Shown: in pieces, positions 54,501 to 64,000 of the stretch | How positions within the stretch are numbered: the stretch's first letter is position 1 | How the letters are laid out: the number at the start of each line of letters is the position of its first letter | Assembly: GCA_951406725.2 (NCBI GenBank) | Contig: OX597820.1 | Coordinates: forward strand, 111,104,001 to 111,168,000 | Origin: Octopus vulgaris | Lineage: Eukaryota | Reading direction: 5' to 3' | Length of the DNA stretch: 64,000 bases | Notes under the pieces: generated by a model | Told to the model about the DNA's origin: nothing | Database searches by the model: none | What the model saw: only the letters and a program-made list of their open reading frames with translations | Program-made: the position numbers and the translations under genes

Positions 54501-54772
54501 ATACATGCACCATTTCTTCTAGCAAATGAAACATGTGCAATGGTGGTGAATAAATAATGCCTAAATTTTTCCAATCTCCTGTTTATATACATACATACAT
54601 ATCTTTTAATGTTTATCTCTCAGTTTTTCAGTCATTAGACGGTGGTCATGCTGGGGCGATACGGTTTTTTATTTTGCTATATACATATATGTATTTGTGA
54701 GTATGTATGTATGTATGTATGTATGTATGTATGTATATTTTTGTATGTATATATTTCTCTCTCTCTCTCTCT

Positions 54773-54964
<192 letters not shown>

Positions 54965-55111
54965 GAAGAGAGCATAAGATGGGAGATTATAAAGTTAAAC
55001 ATGGCGTGAGGAAACGTGTGAATAGCGAGGAAAATTGATAAATGTATCTCCACACATACATCCATATAATCGATATACTTTGTATACTATGTATATATAT
55101 ATATATGTGTG

Positions 55112-55176
<65 letters not shown>

Positions 55177-55202
55177 ATATATATATATATATATATATAT
55201 AC

Positions 55203-55253
<51 letters not shown>

Positions 55254-55368
55254 CATATATATATATAGTATGTAAATTGTTTAGGCGTATGCATGCAAGT
55301 GTATGTATCTACGAATACACACACACATGCACATACACACAGACACACACATACACACACACACGTGA

Positions 55369-55444
<76 letters not shown>

Positions 55445-55895
55445 GTGTGAGCGTGTGTGTGTGTAGAAGGTTGAAAAGGAACGCACGAGTTGCTATATAT
55501 ATGGAAAAAGTCATCGAGACTTTTTCAACTATAAGTATGGAAAACAATTAAACTTTGGAAAAATTTAAATGAAAAGTTTCTTAAACGAATATTTGCATAG
55601 TATTCAAATACAAGTGGCATTTTCCTTGTTTCTGCCTGTATCTGTCTCTCTTGTTTACTCTTGTAGGTTCGAGGGCGTTGTGAATTCTAGAAGAAGAAGA
55701 AGAAGCACAAGAGGAGGAGGAGGAGGAAGAAGAAGAAGAAGAAGAAGAAAAAGAAGAAGAAGAAGAAGAAGAAGAAGAAGAAGAAGAAGAAGAAGAAGAA
55801 GACAATAATGCGGGAGTGCTATGATAGTAGTACGAAGTTTATATGGGCAAGTGCCCTGAAAGTACATATATATATATACACACATATATATATAC

Positions 55896-55940
<45 letters not shown>

Positions 55941-55967
55941 CATATATATATACATATATATATATAC

Positions 55968-56064
<97 letters not shown>

Positions 56065-56774
56065 TTTTGAATTATTACATTCAGGCAACGAGCCAATTTC
56101 TATTATTTCTTCAGTCTGGTGCCACAGAGTCCAAGTGTCAGAATCCAGCCTCTGAATCCGTTAACAAAAGGAAAAAATTATTTACTGAAATAAGACATGA
56201 AAATAAAGAAAACAAGGAATAGCAAACTGCAGACATAGTCTCGATACCAAGAAATTTGATCCGGTCAAAAAACAGAAGTCGGAAAAAAGTGTTTGTTTAA
56301 ATGAAGAAATAAATGAACAAATATATATATTTCCAATAACGATAAATATTTGGTAAATAATTACAATAACAGTGATAAAAATGTCCAAATTTTGCACAAC
56401 ATCACGAAGTTGATAAAGATGCAGTCGGTTTGTTTGATTCCAGTTCATGGCCGCTGTCAATCTTTTCTTTCTTTTTTTGTTTTGTTTTTTTATATAGAAA
56501 TGAAGGGAAAGCAATATCTTCGCTTTTGACAAGATCTCTTTACACACACAGACGCGCGCGTGCACGCACAAACGCGCGTGCACACGCACACACATCCACA
56601 CACACACACACACTCACACACACACGCACACACACACACACACACACACTCACACTTACTCATTCACACCACACAGACACACACTCATACACGTACACAC
56701 ACATACACACATACGCATACATAGCCATGTACATATATTCGTGTGTGCCTATATGTATAGATGGATAAGTAGAG

Positions 56775-56813
<39 letters not shown>

Positions 56814-56969
56814 TAGATAGATAGATTGATAGATAGATGGATGGATGGATGGATGGACTGATGGATTGATGGATTTATGGAAGGACGAAGGACTGATGGT
56901 CAGACAAATAAACAGACAGACAGGCAGACATACAGACATACATACAGACAGACAGACAGACAGACAGAC

Positions 56970-57043
<74 letters not shown>

Positions 57044-57366
57044 GGCATCTTAGCGTGGATATACTGTAGAAAGCCGCATAACTGCGATTTCAATCCCGAT
57101 AGAGCATTTCGTATTGACATATAGAGCTAACAAGCACTGTAGCATTATCAGTAGCAGACGAAAAGTGTCCAGCGGCAGCAGGAGAATGGCTAAATCTAGA
57201 TTTCTGCTTCCTTGCGTGTCATCAGTGGTAGGTATTCACTAGCAACTGTTTACTTAGACAAAAACAGTGATTAAGAAATCACTGGTGCTGCAAATAGCTG
57301 GGTGGAGTGGGTAAAAATTCGACATTACCGATAGAAGCAGTTTTAGTGTCCGTCGCTAATATAGAG

Positions 57367-57476
<110 letters not shown>

Positions 57477-57589
57477 CATACATACAAACATATATGTATG
57501 TGTGTGTATTCCAAGCTGTACGTATTGGTTTTGCTGTATGAACATATTGAAATATTGTGTAGGACAATATAGCATTAAAATGAAACAGT

Positions 57590-57830
57590 TCTCAAAGCCT
57601 TGCAAGTGGATTTGGTAGACGGAAACTACTGAGAACGAGCACATTGTGTGTGTTTGTGTGTGTGTGTGTGTCTGTGTGTATGTGTGTGTGTGTTAGATCA
57701 CACACCACTATCGTGTATCAACCGATGCTGGTTTGTATTAATGTCACCGTAACTTAGCGGTTCGGCAAAGTGACCGACAGGACAAGTACCGGAACCAAAA
57801 CCAAAATAATTAAGTACTATGATCGATTTT
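57590..57830 (+). mobile_element. SINE family C, partial
   Basis: AAAGCCTTGCAAGTGGATTTGGTAGACGGAAACT...AACTTAGCGGTTCGGCAAA. Confidence 0.75.
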
Positions 57831-57899
57831 ACTGTTCTATATTTAAGAGATGAGGAATTATGTACATTATTTACATTGTTACATTTCTAAATGTAACTA

Positions 57900-58100
57900 C
57901 ACGTGGACTGTTGGCGATTTTTCTTTCTCCTGCTTCCTTTTCCTTTTGGGCTTTCCTATGCTTCCTGTTTCTGAAGAAGAGCTATGCTCAAAACGTAAAA
58001 CAACCACTCTTTTCCTTCTCTAAGCGTCTTATTAATACTTTGCATGTGCCACGTCCTCACATTGTTGCGTTTTATCTTGTCTTTTTCTCTATTTTTTAAT
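57900..58100 (+). mobile_element. Pseudo-LTR family P2, diverged, with hammerhead relic (57967-58001)
   Basis: gttt-CTGAAGAA-GAGC-TAT-GCTC-AAAAC-GTA-aaac (G12 mutated); ends in (TA)n. Confidence 0.7.
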
Positions 58101-58174
58101 TATATATATATATATATATATGCAAACGGCGGTGCATCAGCATGGCCGCAGCTTTGAGCTGAAACTAGAAAAAA

Positions 58175-58234
<60 letters not shown>

Positions 58235-58241
58235 TGTATAT

Positions 58242-58309
<68 letters not shown>

Positions 58310-58396
58310 ATTTAGGGGTAAAAAAATCCACTAGGTGGATAGCCATATGCTAGAAGAAGATCACATACGATCTAACTACAAAGAAAGAATGTTCTC

Positions 58397-58731
58397 AGAG
58401 AAAATTCAGCGAACACCAGAACATAGGCGGGCAAGACAGATGAAAATTATATAAAAATCAAGAATTAATCGTATACCAGAACTCAGACATTTGAAATTAA
58501 CCCCAATGTAATCGGTAGAACTAAGCACGTGTCTGGTTTTATACAGAAAACTAGTGGTTAGTTTTACAAATTATATTGTTTTTGGAACGATCATACTGAT
58601 GAATCTACAGACGAAGGATTACGTAAGTGATTTATTCGGTAATAGACGAAACCGGTATATGATTAATTCTTGATTTTTATATAATTTTCATGTCTTGCCC
58701 GCCTATGTTCTGGTGTTCGCTGAATTTTCTA
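58397..58731 (+). mobile_element. Mini fold-back element with an intact hammerhead
   Basis: About 80-bp arms (58399-58477 and 58654-58730) nearly identical; hammerhead at 58590-58663. Confidence 0.8.
58590..58663 (+). ncRNA. Type I hammerhead ribozyme motif
   Basis: atcata-CTGATGA-aTCTA...TAGAc-GAA-ACCGGT-A-tatgat; 6-bp stem I, canonical core, palindromic stem III; predicted cleavage after GUA at 58657. Confidence 0.82.
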
Positions 58732-59139
58732 AGGATAAAACTGTTCTCTTCATCGCACTTTTAACTCAGTAGTAGCATTTAACATGCCCCGCTTCCTGCC
58801 AAATTTTCGAAAATAAAAAATCTAGAAAGAACTACTGAACATATAACATTTTAAACAAATAGACAGGGTTTCAAGCACATATATTTATAGATACAATTTG
58901 AAAAGCCACAGAAATATTGAAAACTTGAACTTAAATGACAAAACGGTGTCATTTAATAACGAAGTGCTAAAAGCAATTTTGATTCATCTTTTGCTAGCGT
59001 TGCAACTAAAGGGAAATTGCCGACATGAAACGTCTCCAGACAAAAACATATCTGTGAAAGCAGTTATGTAACAAAAGAGAGTACATTATTGAGAGTACAT
59101 TATTGAGAGTACATTATGATAAAGGAAAGAGAAACACTT

Positions 59140-59560
59140 TTTATCTTTTACTTGTTTCGGTCATTAGAATGTAGCCATGCAAGGGTACCACCATTCCTAG
59201 TCAAACGAATCAACTCCAGTACTTTTTTTAAGACAGGTACTTTTTCTATCAATCTCTTTTGCCGAACAGCTAATTTACAGGGACGTAAACACACCAACAC
59301 CGGTTGTCAAGCAGTGGTTGGAGTGGTAGGGATCAAACACAGGAACAAACACGCGCGCACAGACACACACATTTACACACACACACACACACACACATAC
59401 ACATATATGACGGACTTCTTTCAGTTTCTGTCTACCAAATCCACTCACAATGCTTTCGTCGACCCGAGAGTATAGTAGAAAACACTTGCCCGAAGCGGGA
59501 CTGAACCTAGAACCATGTGGTTGGAAACCAAGCTTTTTAACACATAGCCACGTTCCACCT
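59140..59560 (-). mobile_element. SINE family C copy
   Basis: Diverged full-length reverse-complement copy. Confidence 0.8.
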
Positions 59561-59929
59561 TTTAGTTGTTTTTTTTTTTAAGATTACCATTTGCTCTCGA
59601 TAGAGAAGCTGGCGGTAGCCTTGAATTTAGATTCAGGATGTACTGAACGACGCGAGCAAAATGAATTAAATTTGCCCCTTAGTTGTAGTAAGCCAATAAA
59701 AGAAAAACAACAAGAGAAAAAGTAATTTCCAAAAATTAAGGTTTTAATTTACATAAAATTGAATTTTCAATTCTAGCAGGAAAAAGCGGAATTTGATCAT
59801 TATTATGAAAGTGCTAACGGTGGACACGTTTCGGTCTCAACAGTCATCATGATGAAAGAGTTGTCTTCTCAAGTCAGCTTTTATCAGTGGAGGTAGATTT
59901 TTTCAAGGTTCAAAGGAAGTTAGTAAGGT

Positions 59930-60320
59930 AGTAGTGGTGGTGGTGGTGGTGATAGTGGTGGTGATGGTGGTGGTGGTAGTGGCGGTGGTGGTGGCTAAAT
60001 TGTGGTTAGTGAAAGTGATGAAGGCAGAGACGGTGATAAAAATGGTGGAAGTAGTGAAGGTGAGGAAAATAGTGATGGTGACGGCGGCGGTGGCGGCAGC
60101 GGTGGTAGCGGCGGTGACGGTGGTGTTGCTGGTGGTGGTGGTGGTGGTGGTGGTGGTGGTGGTGGTGGTGGTGGTGGTGGTGGTGTTGGTGTTGTTGTTG
60201 TTGGTGTTGGTGGTGGTGGTGGTGGTGGTGGTGGAGGTGGTGGTGGTGGAGGTGGTGGTGGAAGTGGCGCTGGAGGAGGCCGTATTTGCAGTGATGGTGG
60301 TGCTACTGGTGGTGGTTAAA
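59930..60320. repeat. (GGT)n low-complexity tract
   Basis: Directly visible. Confidence 0.9.
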
Positions 60321-60979
60321 GCAAAAGAAGAGTAAGGTGCGATGCAGTCGTGGTTGTGATGGTGGAGTGGTTGCCATGAAGGAGGAGGAGGGCTGTCGTT
60401 ATAATGTTGTGGTAATTTTGATGAATATAGGAGGCTAACAGAGAGAATTATAAGAATACAAAAAATGGGAAAGAAGAGGCGAAAACGAGGTTAATTCAGT
60501 CTACAATAAAACCAATAATTATTTCCAGTTCTTCTATCAACCCTAAACACATCTTCCCATCCCATTTCCACTCCATTTCCACCCTCTTTCCACACACAAT
60601 TTCGATATATATATATCAGGGGCTTTCATGACAATTTCCGATATTCTAAAGTGAGCTTCGTCAGTGTGTGTGGGGGGGGGAGGTGGGGGTGGAAGTCTGT
60701 GTGTGTGTGTGTGTGTCTGTGTTTGTGTCAGTCTGTGTGCGTCTGTGTGTGTGTGCGTGCGTGTATGTGTATGCGTGAATGTTTGTGCGTGCGTGTGTGT
60801 GCGTGTGCATTTGTGTGTGTATTTAGTTCACTTTTCATATTGCTCTTTTTTTCTTGTTCTTATTGGTAATGGTGCTAATGGTGGTGGTGGTGGTGGTGGT
60901 GTCAGAGCGTTATTTTTCATCGTGATCGATGTGTAATAATGTTATGACAAGAAGCAATAACACACATCTATATGAATAC

Positions 60980-61015
<36 letters not shown>

Positions 61016-61300
61016 CTGCAATTTCTAAAGAATACAGTCATATAAATCATTAAAAATATATGACTATTGTGACTCGTATACTTCTTTTTAATTTCCTCAT
61101 TTAGTGCTCATTCAGCCATCTTATGTCGTCGAGTCTCAAGCCATATACCAGCCTGGTACTACATAATACCTGATCTGGGTCTAAATAGCAATCAACCATA
61201 TATCACCAATTGCTTCGGTTTTTTTTTATCTCATTAAAATCGGCCAGGCATAATCTCATATTGCACATCTTATACTTCACAACCATACTTTATATGTTCC

Positions 61301-61354
<54 letters not shown>

Positions 61355-61358
<4 letters not shown>

Positions 61359-62000
61359 GGCTGCGAGCTGGTAAAAACGCTTAACGGTATTTCAGCCGTC
61401 CTTACGTTCTGAGTTCAAATTCCACCTAGGCCGACTTTGCCTTTCATTCTTTCGGGGTCGGTAAATTAAGAACCAGCTGAGCGCTGGGGTCGATGTAATC
61501 GACTGTTCCCATCCCCCAAATTTCAGGCCTCTTGCCTATTGTAGACAGGATTATTAGTATTATCATTATTAAGGCGGCGAGCTGACAGAATCATTTGCAC
61601 GCCGGGCGAAATGCTTAGCGGCATTTCGTCAGTCTTTACGTTCTGAACTCAAATGCCGCCGGGGTCGACTATACTTTTCATCCTACTGGTGTCAATAAAA
61701 TAAGTACCAGTTGAACTCTGATGTCCATGTAATTGACTTACCCATCCCCGAAATTGTACCAAAATTTAAAACCCTTATTATTAAAGTGGTGAGCTGGCAG
61801 AATCAGCAGCACAATGGACGAAATGCTTAGCGAGATTTCGTCCATCATTCTGAGTTCAAATTCCACTTAAATTAACTTTGGCTTTCATCCTTTCCGGTTA
61901 ATAAAATGAAGAATCAGTCAAATATTGTAATCGTTGTAATCGACTGCCATCTGTCCTTAAAAAAATTGCTAGCCTTGCATCAGAATTAGAAAGAACTATT
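61355..62000 (+). mobile_element. Three tandem SINE family B copies, each after a (TTA)n spacer
   Basis: GAGCTGG/GAGCTGA heads at about 61365, 61579 and 61791, each followed by the B-box and CTTTCATCC body. Confidence 0.8.
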
Positions 62001-62399
62001 GTTGCTGTCATTGCTTTTGTTAAAAATCTGGTAGAAATCACAAAGTAATGTTGTGACAAACAAATTTCCAAACAGAATTCAGTTAAACCCTTCCCCATGT
62101 TCGAGTAACTATTCTGCTGGAGTGAAATTTCTGCTTCCCTATTCTGAAGTTGATAAACTACGTATCAGTTATATTCAAAGGTGTATTCGATCTCTTCTGT
62201 TTGTAATTTACATATGTGATACTTTGTGTGAGATATGAAAAAAAAACTTTATTAAAGTGTAAATCTATTGGAGTCAAGAAATTGAATTAAATTAGTTTGC
62301 AGTAACTCGGTTAATGGAAAGGATAAACCAGTTTTAGTCTCAAGGCTTATTCAGTACTTGGGGCCTATTGCCCCAGAACCTAGGAAAAAAATTCAAGAT

Positions 62400-63900
62400 T
62401 TGAGTCTTTTATTCAAATTTTGTTCACTGCTCTTATTAACTTTTCAACAAACTTCACTACTTCCACTTCTACCCAAGTCGAAGACTAATTCTTCAAGTAG
62501 TCTTCCACTTGGATGAAATAGTTTTTGAAAATGCAAAGAACTGGATTGTGAGAGAAAGTTATTTCCACAGTCCTCCAGATTATTCCCCCATGGCCACAAG
62601 ACGATATATAACTACCTGTTCTCCCTTCTCAAAGGGAGATAGTGGGGTGATCTTCATGATAGACTTGACTGCTAAGCAGGATCTATTCTATGAATGCCAA
62701 CAGCTGCGAGATATATCTCCAGAAATCAGCAACGTTTGGACATAGAAGTGCCTGGAGGATATGTCATTGCTTTCCTGAAATAAGGCCAGCTGAGGTAACA
62801 GCTGAATATCTGTAGAGTTTATCTCGAACTAGCAATTTCGCTCAATAGCACTTTGCCAGACTTGCAATCGAGTTCAAAACTCAATCCAAGATACGGAAAG
62901 ACGTGTTTCTTTCCTGGGAGACAGATGAAGAAACTTCTCGGTCATTACAACCAGAATGCATGAGCGCACATCATTAACCTCATCCTCCTATGTCCTCCAC
63001 ATGGGTTGGTCACTCCTTGTCTGCTGCGATAGTCATCTTACAAGACCATATCTGGCAGACTATACAATTGTAGCAACTTATCTCTCGCAGAACTAAAGTG
63101 TACACCGTATCTCAGATGTCGTTATAGTCTAACAAGGTAAGCACTACCCATCTCTTCTAGCACTAGGCAAACTTTGGCTGGAAATTCGCACATATCTGCC
63201 GGGAATCGGATACCTGACGTCCATCGTGAGGCGTCAAATTGTTCTGTTTGGCTTCTTACAGTTTTCATTTCGTCCTGCCCTTGACCCTGCCCATTTTAGC
63301 TCGGACAATGCAATCTTTGTATTTTCGCGCCGAACAAACTTCTAAAAGATATGCTATAACCACCCACTCCTTCAATATACAATTTTCCCACGACACATTC
63401 TTTTTAAGCTTATTGGCTTATTTCTTTCTCTTTAAGAAGACATATCACTATTTGTTGGCCACTGATTCCGTCAATTCCCATTTAACCGGGAAATGTTCCT
63501 TATTTTAGTTGCCCAAGCAAATCACATACTTTTGCTCTAGATAGTCAACTACCTTGTAGTGTGAACATTTTATGCTATCTTTATCTCAATGCAGACCATA
63601 CAATTGAAAAATTTCATGTTGAGGAACAGTAAATGCACATCTCAAACTGATCTGGATGACAGTTACAACATCTACATGAGGAGATGGGGTGGTAATTTTT
63701 AGATTGTTAATCAAATATTCATTATTTCCAACCGACTCTAGATCACGTGGAGTTACGTAACCTTTTAATATGGTCATGTACGCGTAGAAAAATGGATAGG
63801 GTTTCTTATGTAAGGAGAAAAGTATCCGAGTAATTATGTTCTTAAGGGTTCCCAAAACGTTTCTGGAATACTTCTTAATTGTTCTTTTGGAACGTTTCTT
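62400..63900 (-). pseudogene. Highly decayed L1/Tx1-like LINE ORF2 C-terminal region
   Basis: Minus-strand fragments LLVRDKLYRY, LLCPNVADFWRYISQLL, SIMKITP, RLVAM..IWRT recall the zf-RVT region of Tx1-type elements; many stops; boundaries approximate. Confidence 0.55.
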
Positions 63901-64000
63901 GTAAATCTCTGTAGACTTTAGGTACGATCCCCATCAGAACCCTAACATAGTGGTAGTGGGGATCACCCAAACTCTTTGTTTGTTTGTTTGTTTGTTTTGT

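Overview
Eukaryotic, AT-rich, microsatellite-saturated non-coding DNA. The SINE families and repeat load resemble a coleoid cephalopod such as Octopus, but that is inference from recall, not a search. I found no host protein-coding exon that I can support; almost all ORFs in the track are translations of microsatellites. The window is a transposon graveyard. It holds one near-intact Penelope-like element (PLE; RT plus GIY-YIG), remnants of a second PLE clade, an R4/Dong-type LINE in (TAA)n, a decayed Gypsy LTR element, an L1/Tx1-like remnant, Tc1/mariner relics, a hAT MITE, two non-autonomous Helitrons and many tRNA-derived SINEs. Two less obvious things stand out. First, about 15 intact or decayed minimal type I hammerhead-ribozyme motifs from several unrelated sequence families sit mostly in fold-back or tandem inserts within (TA)n tracts, including a 504-bp ORF-less retrozyme-like unit. 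Second, one of these fold-backs (51011-51384) is an ungapped 136-bp hairpin in which 29 of 30 mismatches are G.U pairs. These are best explained as A-to-G changes on both arms with ADAR-like neighbour preference, i.e. a hyper-edited dsRNA that appears to have been reverse-transcribed into the genome.
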